This document shows, piece after piece, positions 19,044 to 27,556 of a stretch of DNA of 64,000 nucleotides; position 1 is the first letter of the stretch, and each line of letters starts with the position of its first letter. A model generated the notes under the pieces. The model ran no database searches, had not been told where the DNA came from, and saw only the letters and a list, made by a program, of their open reading frames with translations. Source of the DNA: Chthoniobacteraceae bacterium (GTDB taxonomy: Bacteria; Verrucomicrobiota; Verrucomicrobiia; Chthoniobacterales; Chthoniobacteraceae); NCBI GenBank assembly GCA_035997375.1, contig DASYIS010000422.1:1380-65379 (forward strand). The letters are read 5' to 3'. The translations under genes and the position numbers were made by a program.

Positions 19044-19226
19044 TCAGCGCGCCGGCGGCGGATCGGGCGCGGTCGGGACCGGTGTCTTCTCGAGGCCGAA
19101 GAAGAAGGGATCGAACGGCCGTGGCTCCCAGGGCCACGGCGGCTCGAGCGGAGGGATCGCGGCCGCCGCGGCGTCGCGATCGGCGCGCTGCTGGGCCAGG
19201 CGTTCGGCTTGGGGGTCAAGGGGCAT
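19044..19226 (-). CDS. Small Pro-rich hypothetical phage protein (60 aa)
   Basis: ORF in operon orientation, immediately preceded by the heptamer array. Confidence 0.4.
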   Translation of the reverse strand: MPLDPQAERLAQQRADRDAAAAAIPPLEPPWPWEPRPFDPFFFGLEKTPVPTAPDPPPAR

Positions 19227-19233
19227 GGGGCAA

Positions 19234-19261
19234 ATGACGAATGACGAATGACGAATGACGA
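19234..19261. repeat. Heptamer tandem repeat (ATGACGA)x4 on the + strand, equal to (TCGTCAT)x4 on the coding strand, 7 nt upstream of the start at 19226
   Basis: Read directly from the sequence. Confidence 0.95.
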
Positions 19262-19271
19262 ACGGGACCGC

Positions 19272-20300
19272 TCAAGTCCAATGCTCGCCGGTGAAGTCGG
19301 CGGCGTGCAAGTACGCATCGATCTGCGCGGCGCTGTCGTTGATCGGCTCGAGCAGGGAGGCGATGAGAACGTCGGCCACGCCGGCGGCGAGACCGGTGCG
19401 AAGCTGGATCGGCGCGGGCGGTTGCGTGAGCGGGATCCGGGCTTTGCTGGCGTGGTGGAGATTCCACCAGACGAAATGCTGCGGGTAGGGCGTCCAGGTG
19501 CCGTCCGGCTCCGCGTCGGCCGCGGCGCCGGGCGGCGAGATGAGCCAGAGGGTGGCCAGCCGCACCTGGTCGCTGTCGGGATCGTGCGCGGTCCCGAGCA
19601 GGCGCTCGAGCGCGGTCGGAGGCTGGGGAGGGAGCCAGCGGCCGGTGGCGAAGATGGAGTGGCGCGGCCGGCGCAGACCGCTGAGATCGAACGTGGTCGA
19701 GATGGTGAAGGTTTGCTGGTCGGCGAAGGGATCCAGCAGGTCGACGCGCTGACTCGAGGAGGCGCGCGGCGTGTCCAGGACGAGATCCACCGCGCGGATC
19801 TGCCGGCTGCGCGTCGGGTCGGCCGGGGTGTCGGCCGTGTCGCCGGACTCGGACTCCGCGGGGACCACGCCGAGTTTCTCGAAGACGGCCGGGTAGCCTT
19901 CGCCGGCGAGAAACACGAGCTCGCCATCGGCGCTGGCAACGGTCCCGGCGGAAGTGATCGGGTTGCGGAAGGAGAGGAGCTCGAGCGCGGGATCATCCAG
20001 GAGCGTGGCATTGATGGTGTCGCCTTTGTCGTCTTTTGTCGCGATCGTGACGTCGCGGCCGTTGACGAAGCCGGGGCGGAAGGTCGTGGTCCAGGCGCCC
20101 TGGTCGCCGGCTGCCGGATTCCAGACGGGCGCGAGCTGCCAGGGATGTTCGAAGGCGTCATCCTGCGGGCGCGCGAAGATGACCACGCCGTCGGGCGTGC
20201 GGTGAAGGCGGACGCCGGGCCCCTGCAACGCGCGGTTGCGGCGCACCAAGTCGACCAGCTTGTTCCACGCGCCGGCGGGGATGGTGAAGAAGGAAAGCAC
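19272..20300 (-). CDS. Phage tail-associated hypothetical protein (342 aa), GTG start
   Basis: Clean ORF flanked on both sides by heptamer arrays. The overlapping 468-aa and 352-aa ORFs are shadows. Confidence 0.7.
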   Translation of the reverse strand: MLSFFTIPAGAWNKLVDLVRRNRALQGPGVRLHRTPDGVVIFARPQDDAFEHPWQLAPVWNPAAGDQGAWTTTFRPGFVNGRDVTIATKDDKGDTINATLLDDPALELLSFRNPITSAGTVASADGELVFLAGEGYPAVFEKLGVVPAESESGDTADTPADPTRSRQIRAVDLVLDTPRASSSQRVDLLDPFADQQTFTISTTFDLSGLRRPRHSIFATGRWLPPQPPTALERLLGTAHDPDSDQVRLATLWLISPPGAAADAEPDGTWTPYPQHFVWWNLHHASKARIPLTQPPAPIQLRTGLAAGVADVLIASLLEPINDSAAQIDAYLHAADFTGEHWT

Positions 20301-20302
20301 GA

Positions 20303-20333
20303 ATGACGAATGACGAATGACGACGAATGACGA
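20303..20333. repeat. Second heptamer array: ATGACGA x3, a CGA insertion, then ATGACGA; it abuts the GTG start at 20300
   Basis: Read directly from the sequence. Confidence 0.95.
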
Positions 20334-20339
20334 AGGGCG

Positions 20340-20996
20340 CTAGGTCGCGGCAGACCAGAAGAAATGGCGGGCGGCGTCCGGAGCGGCCGCGAGCGAGCTC
20401 ACGCGGTGCGCGAGGCTGAAGTACGGGATCTGCACGGCCTGCATCGAGCCGTTGCGCAGGACCAGGCGCGCGAGCGGGTAGCGGACCCGGCGCCCTTTCA
20501 GGCCGGGGATGCCGCCGATGGAAGTCGGGCCGCCGGAACCGGGCGGCGGATCCTCGCCGGTCTCGCTGTCGAAATACGCGACCTGTTTGATCTCAATGGC
20601 GTCCTGATCGATGCCCCACGTCGCGTTGCATTGAATCTCCGCGGCGATGTAGCCGCGGCCGTCGTCGTCGAGCTGGTCGAGCGAACACTGCAGCGTCGGC
20701 GGCGGGTTGTCGTCATCACCGCTGAGCGGGACGCCGTCGATTTGCGGCTCGACGAGATTGAAAGTGCCGGGCGCGATCACGGCCAGGCCGGCGGCGTTGA
20801 GCGTGACCTTGAAATCGTGGGCCCAGACGGAGCCGGCGGACCGCGCCGCGGTGATGATGCGGCCGTCGGCGGTCTCCTTGATCTTGATGCCCGGCCCGGC
20901 GACCAGGCGCTCGCTGCGCACCCAGGTGCGGAAGCGCTCCCAAAGCGCCGCGGTGACCGGCTGGCCGCGGCGCGCTTTCAGGTCGAGGCCGGTCAC
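20340..20996 (-). CDS. Phage tail hypothetical protein (218 aa)
   Basis: Operon orientation; 4-nt overlap with the upstream gene. Confidence 0.7.
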   Translation of the reverse strand: MTGLDLKARRGQPVTAALWERFRTWVRSERLVAGPGIKIKETADGRIITAARSAGSVWAHDFKVTLNAAGLAVIAPGTFNLVEPQIDGVPLSGDDDNPPPTLQCSLDQLDDDGRGYIAAEIQCNATWGIDQDAIEIKQVAYFDSETGEDPPPGSGGPTSIGGIPGLKGRRVRYPLARLVLRNGSMQAVQIPYFSLAHRVSSLAAAPDAARHFFWSAAT

Positions 20997-21769
20997 GTCG
21001 TGAGCTGGGCGGTAGAGTAAGCAAGATCGACGTAGCCGCCGGGACCGCTGAGGCGGTGGCGCTCGGTGACGAGGATCGCCTTGCCGCGCAGAGAAATCTG
21101 CGGCGCCAGCTTGAGCCAGTTGCGCCCGGGAAAATACGGCACGCCGATGTTTTCGGCGCCGGGCGGATACGGGACGATCGTGCCGATCCCGTCATAGACG
21201 GAGGAAGGCACGGTGGCGACGGCATACGTCTTCGTGAACGTCGCGCCAGCCTTCTCCCAGCCCTCCGATTGATAGAGCGGGCTGGGGTTGCCAAGGTCGG
21301 TGATGATGCCGTCGGCCTGGGAAAGTCCCTGGCTGTCGGCCGACGAGTCGGTGTCGGGCAAGAACTCCTGAAATTCCTTGTTCTCTTTGTCCCAGCCATA
21401 CTTGTCCTTCAACGCTTGGAAGTTCGGGTTTTCGCCCCACGGCGATTCGCCCATCTCGCCGTCGAACTCGTAGGTGACCTGGTCGGGGCGATCCTCGATG
21501 CCGGGGAAGTCCTGCCCGGGCAGGCCTTCAAAATTAAACGTGACGATGAAGCGCGGTCCCGATTGCTCGAAGGGACGGCTTTTGCTTAGCACAAACGAGC
21601 CGAGGCCGATTGCTTCCGCGACGGCCGCGGGGCTCAGCGAGAAGGCGGTGCGGAGATCCGGCACGTCGACCGGGACGCTGAGCGAGGCAATGCCGTGCTC
21701 GTCGCCGGCGTTGCCCTTGATCTCGCCGATGACGAGGTGAATTCCACTGACGGTGATATCGAAGGGCAT
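20993..21769 (-). CDS. Phage distal tail hypothetical protein (258 aa)
   Basis: First gene after the tape measure. TTGACA in a perfect 10-bp hairpin loop 13 nt upstream of the ATG. Confidence 0.7.
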   Translation of the reverse strand: MPFDITVSGIHLVIGEIKGNAGDEHGIASLSVPVDVPDLRTAFSLSPAAVAEAIGLGSFVLSKSRPFEQSGPRFIVTFNFEGLPGQDFPGIEDRPDQVTYEFDGEMGESPWGENPNFQALKDKYGWDKENKEFQEFLPDTDSSADSQGLSQADGIITDLGNPSPLYQSEGWEKAGATFTKTYAVATVPSSVYDGIGTIVPYPPGAENIGVPYFPGRNWLKLAPQISLRGKAILVTERHRLSGPGGYVDLAYSTAQLTT

Positions 21770-21896
21770 ACCCCGGCGGCGCTGTCAAAGCGCCGCCGGA
21801 ATGACGAACCTGCCGGCGGGGTTCGGCAATGCAAGAGTCCTCCCCATAGCCGCACGCGGTTATGCAGTTATGCAGATTCTTTGCATATCTGCATGG

Positions 21897-24047
21897 CTAC
21901 TGAAAGACGGCGCCGCCGGAGATGTTCAGGGTCGCCCCCTTGGCGGTGGAGAGGACCGTCTTCACCTGCTCGAGCAGGGCGTTGTTCTTCTTGAGCTCGC
22001 TGGTCTGGCGCTGGTTCTCGCGCAGCAGCGGGCTGGCGGTCCCGCCGGCGGCGAGGTTGCTGGCGCCGATCCGGCGATCGGCGTCGCCCGATCCCCCACC
22101 CTTCTTGTCCTTGGTCTGCGCCGCCTCGAGGTCCGCGAGCTCCTTCGACTTGGCGGCGGCCGTGGCTGGGTCGACGCCGGCGCGCAGCAGCTCCTTTTCC
22201 TTGTCGCTGCGCTTGCCCTCGATCTCGAGACGCTTCGCCTCCTCGGTGTCGCCGCTCGCGAGCGCACGCGCGCGCGCAATCTCGCGATCGAAGGACGTCT
22301 CGGCCTCCCTTTTCTTGGCGCCGCGTTCCAGGTCGACTTGATCCGTGGCGTTTTTGTCCGCGTCGAAGGGATTCTGGCCCATCTCCTCATTCTTGCGCGA
22401 GAGCTCGCTGATCGCCTTGTCGCGCTCGGCGAGGCTCTGCCCGCGTGCGTCGCCGGCAGCTTTCGCGCGGAGGATTCTCATTTCCTCGGCTTGATCGGCG
22501 GCATAGTCCGCCTGCTTGCGCAGCTCCTCAGTCCTGGTCTTGTCGACATTGAAAAGCTCGCGGCGGAGCTGGATCATTTCGGCGAGATGCGTGAGCTCCT
22601 TTTCGCTAAGCTGCACGGCTTCATTCTGCGCGAGCTTTTGCGCGATGAGGGCGTCGAGTTCCTCCTCGGAACCGGCGCCGGATGCCTGGAGAATGTTCGC
22701 GCGCTTGACCTCCGGATCGCGGTCGTCGTAGCCGGCCTTGGCCCGGTCGCGCTCCAGATCTTCGCCGGCCTTCTGGGCCTCCTTGCGCATTTCCGCCGCC
22801 TTCTTCGCGGATTCTGCGGCCTGCAGGTCGGCGTCGCGCTTCGCCTTGCGATCCGCCATCAGTTCGGGGGAGAGGTGCTCGAGCGCCTCCTTGATGGCTT
22901 CGATGCCGGCGGCCCAGGCGTGATACTTTCCCGTGATCTCCTCGAGGGCGTGCGCGTCGAACAAATTGTCTTTATTGGCCTCGACGGCCTTGAGCTGCTC
23001 CTCGATTTCCTCCGCCTGATGTTCCAGGGACTTCAGCGCCTGCTCTCGCTCTTTTTCCGTGGCCACACTCTCGGCCTGCGCGGTGGCGGCGCCGATCCCC
23101 GCCTCGCTCGCGCCGGCGACTTCGTTGAGGGCGGCCTCGCGGCTGGTCCCGTGCGCGATTCCTTTTACAAACCCCACCCCGAGCTGGCCGAGCTGGACGG
23201 CGCCGTTCTGGGAAATGTCGCCAAAGAGCGTGGCGAGCCTGCTCGCCTTCTCGAAGACCTGCTCGGTGGTACGGCCGAGCGGCGTCAGGTCCACCTTGGC
23301 GAGGTCCTGGATGAACGTGAGCTTGCCATCTTTCGCGGCCTGGCCGGTGAGGCCGACGTAGAACTGGTCGATCTTGAGCGTGGCGGCGCCGATGGCGGAC
23401 CCGAGCTCGTGAAAGGTCTCGGCATTCTTTTCGAGCTCCGTGCCGAGCGAGCCGACCTGGCCGCGCGCGATCGCGAGCGCCTCGGAGTTGCCGAGGATGG
23501 CGAGCATCTGCGCCCCGGAGCGGCCGAAGAGATCCATGGCCGCGCGCGAGCGGTCGGCGGGATTCGGGAGCGCGGTGAAGGCGCCCTGCAGCGTGGTGAT
23601 CTGCTCGACGGCCGTCATCGACTTGAGCGCCTCGACGGAGAGACCGAGCTTGTCGAAGGCCTGCTTGGTCGGCTCGCCGCGCTCGTTCAGGCCGGTGAGC
23701 GCCCGGCCCAGGAGCGCGAGCGACGTGCCGACAGCCTCGCCGCCGAGGCCGGCATTGACGAAGGCCTGCTTGAGCAAGACCAGGTCGCCGACGGACTGGC
23801 CGGTCTGCGCAGAAAGATTCTGGAACGCGCTCCCCATTTCGAGCGCCTGGTACATGCGTTCCGCCTGGCCGGCGACGAGCTCAAAGGCTTCATGCACGAC
23901 CTCGCCGGCGACCGCGAAGCCGGCGAAGCCTTTCGCGAAGTGATCGAACTTATGCTCGAGGTGCTCAATCGATTCGCTGACGTTATGAATTCCCTTGAGG
24001 AAATTCCCATAGCCGAGATCCAATTCTACTTTGACGTGACTACTCAT
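21897..24047 (-). CDS. Tail tape measure protein (716 aa)
   Basis: N-terminal tape-measure core (FAVAGEVV..AFVNAGLGGEAVGTSLALLGRAL..DLFGRSGAQMLAILG), then long coiled-coil charged repeats. Confidence 0.9.
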   Translation of the reverse strand: MSSHVKVELDLGYGNFLKGIHNVSESIEHLEHKFDHFAKGFAGFAVAGEVVHEAFELVAGQAERMYQALEMGSAFQNLSAQTGQSVGDLVLLKQAFVNAGLGGEAVGTSLALLGRALTGLNERGEPTKQAFDKLGLSVEALKSMTAVEQITTLQGAFTALPNPADRSRAAMDLFGRSGAQMLAILGNSEALAIARGQVGSLGTELEKNAETFHELGSAIGAATLKIDQFYVGLTGQAAKDGKLTFIQDLAKVDLTPLGRTTEQVFEKASRLATLFGDISQNGAVQLGQLGVGFVKGIAHGTSREAALNEVAGASEAGIGAATAQAESVATEKEREQALKSLEHQAEEIEEQLKAVEANKDNLFDAHALEEITGKYHAWAAGIEAIKEALEHLSPELMADRKAKRDADLQAAESAKKAAEMRKEAQKAGEDLERDRAKAGYDDRDPEVKRANILQASGAGSEEELDALIAQKLAQNEAVQLSEKELTHLAEMIQLRRELFNVDKTRTEELRKQADYAADQAEEMRILRAKAAGDARGQSLAERDKAISELSRKNEEMGQNPFDADKNATDQVDLERGAKKREAETSFDREIARARALASGDTEEAKRLEIEGKRSDKEKELLRAGVDPATAAAKSKELADLEAAQTKDKKGGGSGDADRRIGASNLAAGGTASPLLRENQRQTSELKKNNALLEQVKTVLSTAKGATLNISGGAVFQ

Positions 24048-24853
24048 GTGAGGCCGGCCTCCCGGGCCGCTTTCTTGAGGGCGAACTCCTGGAGGCGGCG
24101 CTCGAGCGCGCCGGCCTGGTCATTGAGGGCGAGCTGGACGTCGCTCTGGATATGCTTCACCGCGCTGACGTAGGGGACGGCGTTGATGATGCCGAGGCGC
24201 ACGCCGGTGGCGGTGACGAGGAGGTAGCTCTGACCGCGCGACGTGCCGTGCCGGCTGATCCAGGCGGGCGGGCGATAGCCGAGCATCTCCGCGGCGCGGT
24301 TCCAGCCGGCGGCGAGAATGCCGACCTTCCCGATGGCCTCTTTCTGGTAGCTCTTGAAGTCGCGCTTGGTGACGAAACCGACGTTCGCGAGGTCGCTCTT
24401 TTTGCGGCCGATGACGGTCTCGCGCCGCACCTGGGTGACGCGGCCGTCGGCGCGGCTGCGCAACTTTTGGTGGAAGCCCTTCATCTCGCTGCGCTTCAGG
24501 AAGTGCAGAAAATCGGTGACGGTCGCGCCGCGGCGATTGATCGCATGGGCGACGGGGACGATCTTCAGCCCGCCATTGTCGGCGAAGAAGCCGCGCCATT
24601 CGTCGGGGTCGAGCGGCTCGAAAATGATATCGAGGTCGCGCGCGATCGCGCGTTCGCCGTGCTTGCGCGCCGAGCTGTCTGCGCTCCCCTGGGCGGGGCG
24701 CGTGCGGCCGATGATGCGCTTGACCAGGTTGCGGCCGAAGTCGCGCATGACGACGTGACCTTCCTTTTTGGAGGTCGCCTCGAAATTGCCCAGCGCCGTG
24801 AGACAACGGCGGGCGTCGAAGGTGGCGTGGGGAACGAGGGAGGCCATGCTCAC
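24044..24853 (-). CDS. Hypothetical phage protein (269 aa) between the chaperones and the tape measure
   Basis: ATGA overlaps at both ends. No family recognised. Confidence 0.7.
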   Translation of the reverse strand: MSMASLVPHATFDARRCLTALGNFEATSKKEGHVVMRDFGRNLVKRIIGRTRPAQGSADSSARKHGERAIARDLDIIFEPLDPDEWRGFFADNGGLKIVPVAHAINRRGATVTDFLHFLKRSEMKGFHQKLRSRADGRVTQVRRETVIGRKKSDLANVGFVTKRDFKSYQKEAIGKVGILAAGWNRAAEMLGYRPPAWISRHGTSRGQSYLLVTATGVRLGIINAVPYVSAVKHIQSDVQLALNDQAGALERRLQEFALKKAAREAGLT

Positions 24854-25107
24854 CAGGGGAGCGTGTCAGCGGCCGGCTCCGCGGAAGGAAGCGCGAGCAG
24901 CTCGGCGAACTCGCTCTCGTCGGCCGGCGGCGGCGGCGGGGCGCCCCAGGGGATGGTCCAGATATTGGCGAGGCGCAACACGGCGTGCTCGTACTGCAGC
25001 GCACGCACCAGCGGCAATTCCCAGAGGATGAACCGTTCCGTCCAGTGCAACTCTTTGGCCAGCGTGGCAACGAAGGACGGCAGCCACGCCGGCTCTAGGA
25101 GTTTGGG
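24850..25107 (-). CDS. -1 frame extension giving a G-T type chaperone fusion (about 222 aa in total)
   Basis: The frame of ORF 24850..25296 is -1 relative to 25095..25520. After the slip it reads PKLLEPAWLPSFVATL... and ends in an ATGA overlap with the next gene. Confidence 0.6.
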   Translation of the reverse strand, partial: PKLLEPAWLPSFVATLAKELHWTERFILWELPLVRALQYEHAVLRLANIWTIPWGAPPPPPADESEFAELLALPSAEPAADTLPW

Positions 25108-25520
25108 GGCGGTACCGGGTCGTTCTTCCCCGGCGCGTCGTCCGGCTTGGGCTCGATGGCGACGCGGGCGGCGGTGACCAGGGCGAGGGTGTGCCGGATG
25201 ATCGCGTCGGCCGCGGCGAGCTGCTTCGCGTCGATCGTGACGCCCCACTCCATGACAGCCTTGCGGAACCTGGTCTCGTTGAAAACCGTCAGGCAAAGGT
25301 CGGCTTCGGGCGCGCTCTGAAGATAGAGCCAGGAGAGGGTGGCGAAGTAGTGGCTCTCCATCTCCTCAACCGGCACGCGCTTGAGCCACTCGTTGCGCGT
25401 CTGCTGCATGAGGGCCAGCGTGACCGCGGTGAACGGTCGCACGCCGGCGAGGAAGCTCGTGAGCTCCGGAGCGATGTCCGGCTCGAGCATGGCGCGGAGG
25501 TTGAGGGCGTCGCGGTCCAT
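25095..25520 (-). CDS. Tail assembly chaperone (G-like, 141 aa)
   Basis: Position upstream of the tape measure. A slippery heptamer lies two codons before the stop, with an 83-codon open -1 frame downstream. Confidence 0.7.
   Translation of the reverse strand: MDRDALNLRAMLEPDIAPELTSFLAGVRPFTAVTLALMQQTRNEWLKRVPVEEMESHYFATLSWLYLQSAPEADLCLTVFNETRFRKAVMEWGVTIDAKQLAAADAIIRHTLALVTAARVAIEPKPDDAPGKNDPVPPPNS
25101..25107 (-). promoter_or_regulatory. Putative -1 programmed ribosomal frameshift site C_CCA_AAC
   Basis: Fits the X_XXY_YYZ pattern in the zero frame of the G-like ORF (..ccg ccC CCA AAC tcc tag). Confidence 0.55.
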
Positions 25521-25524
25521 GCGG

Positions 25525-25959
25525 CTACTTGTTGAGCTCGTCGAGGATCCGCGCCCTGCGGGCCTCGTCGGTGTGCCGGGTGATGAGGGCGATCTTTTTG
25601 CCGCGCCGGCGGACGACGATGGGCCCCTGGTCTTTGACGAAAGCGACGGCGCGAAAGTAATTCTCGAAGCCCGACTTGAGGTAAGCGAGCGGGTGTTCCG
25701 GCTGCTTCACGGCGAACTCCGGATCGCTGAAAAGCTTGATCGCTTCCTCGGCGCCGTACTTGCCGCAGAGGCTGCGCTCGCGCAGGCGCCAGACGGTGAC
25801 GCTGCGCGGGGCGCCGTCGACCTTCTCCACGTATTCGCCGCAGAGCGCCGGCTCGGGTGGAATGCCGATCGCGGTCAGGCAGGCGAAGAGGACGGTGTTG
25901 CGCGTCGCCTGGGGATCGGCCGTGAGCGCCTCAAGGGAGTAGAGTTTGCCTTTTTGCAT
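25525..25959 (-). CDS. Hypothetical phage tail-module protein (144 aa)
   Basis: Operon orientation, between the putative major tail gene and the chaperone. Confidence 0.65.
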   Translation of the reverse strand: MQKGKLYSLEALTADPQATRNTVLFACLTAIGIPPEPALCGEYVEKVDGAPRSVTVWRLRERSLCGKYGAEEAIKLFSDPEFAVKQPEHPLAYLKSGFENYFRAVAFVKDQGPIVVRRRGKKIALITRHTDEARRARILDELNK

Positions 25960-26019
25960 TTAGCGGGGTGATTTATTGAGAATTGTTGGCAATTCTATTT
26001 GCCTCTGTTTAGAGGCGCT

Positions 26020-26349
26020 CTAGCTGACCTCTTGTGCGTTCGGGTAATTGGTGCCGCTATATTCCCAGCCGTCGAAGTCCTCGTTGTACTCGGAGTTTTT
26101 CACCGAATCGATGACCGTGACGCCCCCGGTGATATCGGTGATCTGCGCAGAGCCGATGCCCGGGACGACGGTGAGCGTGCCGTGACCCTTGACGCTGAAA
26201 TCGGTCGTCGGGTCGTACGGATGGACGCGGGCGCTGTTGCCGGTGGAGCCCTTGAGGACTTTCTTCTCGATCTTGTCGGTCGATTCGACGGACTCGATGA
26301 GCGCACCGGTGTGGCGGGTGATGCCGAATTTAACGTCTGTGGCGGGCAT
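26020..26349 (-). CDS. Putative major tail subunit (109 aa)
   Basis: Long CT-rich leader upstream and a hairpin (GCCTCT-N4-AGAGGC) downstream, as expected for an abundantly expressed structural gene. The assignment rests on position only. Confidence 0.45.
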   Translation of the reverse strand: MPATDVKFGITRHTGALIESVESTDKIEKKVLKGSTGNSARVHPYDPTTDFSVKGHGTLTVVPGIGSAQITDITGGVTVIDSVKNSEYNEDFDGWEYSGTNYPNAQEVS

Positions 26350-26405
26350 GGGGGCGGAAGAGGGGGAGACTGGGGAGACTGGGAGAGGGGGAGACGGCGC
26401 GGGGG

Positions 26406-26723
26406 CTACTCCGCGGCCACGTCGGCGCTCGAGATGGCGAGGACGTAGGTGAACTGGTGCGTCACGGTCATGGTGGTGCCGTCGGCGCTGAGGGATTGGC
26501 CCTTGGTGATCTGCATCTTCGCCGGGCGGTCAGCCGCGGACTCGGCCTGCTGCGCGTCGTAGAGCTTTTTCGTAATCGCGTAGGCGAGCTTGCGAATGTC
26601 GCCCGTGGTCGCGTGGGCCTCGCCACTGGTCAGCTCGGGGAAGCTGGCGATCGGGATGACGAGGTCCGAGCCGGAGACGGCTTCATTCGGGATCCAATGA
26701 GAGGGGGCGGGGTTGAAGGCCAT
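26406..26723 (-). CDS. Head-tail joining region hypothetical protein (105 aa)
   Basis: Start moved to the ATG at 26723. The track start at 26744 is the TTG of a TTGACA motif. Confidence 0.6.
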   Translation of the reverse strand: MAFNPAPSHWIPNEAVSGSDLVIPIASFPELTSGEAHATTGDIRKLAYAITKKLYDAQQAESAADRPAKMQITKGQSLSADGTTMTVTHQFTYVLAISSADVAAE

Positions 26724-26866
26724 GCGCCTCTGGCGAGATGTCAACCGCGCGCCGGTCGCGGGCGGGGAAGCACCAAATCACAGGGACCAAGGATCAAACG
26801 GCGCGGCAGTCTGAGCGCCTGGAATCAGGCCGCGCTGAATATTCCAAACACTGTTTGGAAAATTGC

Positions 26867-27334
26867 TCAGGCGTCGCTGCGGTAGCCGCCGCGGAAGGCG
26901 AGGACGGTGCGGTCGGCGCGCTGTTCGACGCCGGGCTCGGTCATTTGCGGCGACGGCCGTCCGATGAGCTCGAGGCCGCGTCCGGTGAACTTAATGCCGA
27001 GCGCGGTCAGGTCGGAGAGGGCGGCGTTGACGACGCGGATCCGCGCGTCGTGCTGCGCCGCGGTGTCGTCGTCGACCTGCGATTCGACGGAGATCTGCAG
27101 GTCCATCCGCATGAAGGAGAAGGAGCTGGCGAGCGGGCTCGACTTGCTCTCGATGAGGACCGCGGGGAGCAGGAGGTCGGCCGGCCGCTCGAGGATCGTG
27201 CCGTCGGCGAGCGTCTCGGCGCCGTGCGCGTAGGTGTGGACCAGGCCGACCTGGTCAGGGTCGGTGGCATACGCGGCCGCAAGTCGGGCGGCGATCGCCT
27301 GGCCGACGGCGATGGAGACGTCGTAATCTCTCAT
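26867..27334 (-). CDS. Head-tail connector region hypothetical protein (155 aa)
   Basis: Operon orientation; overlaps the upstream gene by 4 nt. Confidence 0.65.
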   Translation of the reverse strand: MRDYDVSIAVGQAIAARLAAAYATDPDQVGLVHTYAHGAETLADGTILERPADLLLPAVLIESKSSPLASSFSFMRMDLQISVESQVDDDTAAQHDARIRVVNAALSDLTALGIKFTGRGLELIGRPSPQMTEPGVEQRADRTVLAFRGGYRSDA

Positions 27335-27552
27335 AACCTGCGCGCCGTATCGTCAGTGAAATTGCGCCCCTGCTCCAGCTCGAGGCAGGGCTCGAAATGA
27401 GTGTCGGTCTCCATGGCGATGAATTGGCGGATCGAGCCGCCGCCGTAAACGTAGATCGAGGCGAAGTCGTTCTGCCGCATGCGCAGCCGGACGCGCCCAG
27501 GCAGGCTGCAGCGGATGGGCTTGGGCGGGCGAAGTCCGTGGATGGCTGTCAT
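27331..27552 (-). CDS. Small hypothetical protein (73 aa)
   Basis: Start chosen at MTAIHGL (27552), 4 nt after the glycosyltransferase stop. Confidence 0.5.
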   Translation of the reverse strand: MTAIHGLRPPKPIRCSLPGRVRLRMRQNDFASIYVYGGGSIRQFIAMETDTHFEPCLELEQGRNFTDDTARRL

Positions 27553-27556
27553 GGCC

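Noticed and set aside
19234-20333. Mini-ORFs MTNDE-stop encoded by the heptamer arrays on the + strand, and the long + strand ORFs starting in them
   Set aside because: These are artefacts of the ATG contained in each ATGACGA unit. The arrays are intergenic leaders of minus-strand genes.
26742-26744. ORF-track start codons at 26744, 41685, 49887 and 51343
   Set aside because: Each is the TTG of a TTGACA motif. Conventional ATG starts with the usual 15-16 nt spacing lie just downstream (26723, 41664, 49833). ORF 51059..51343 is otherwise antisense junk over the Dam gene.
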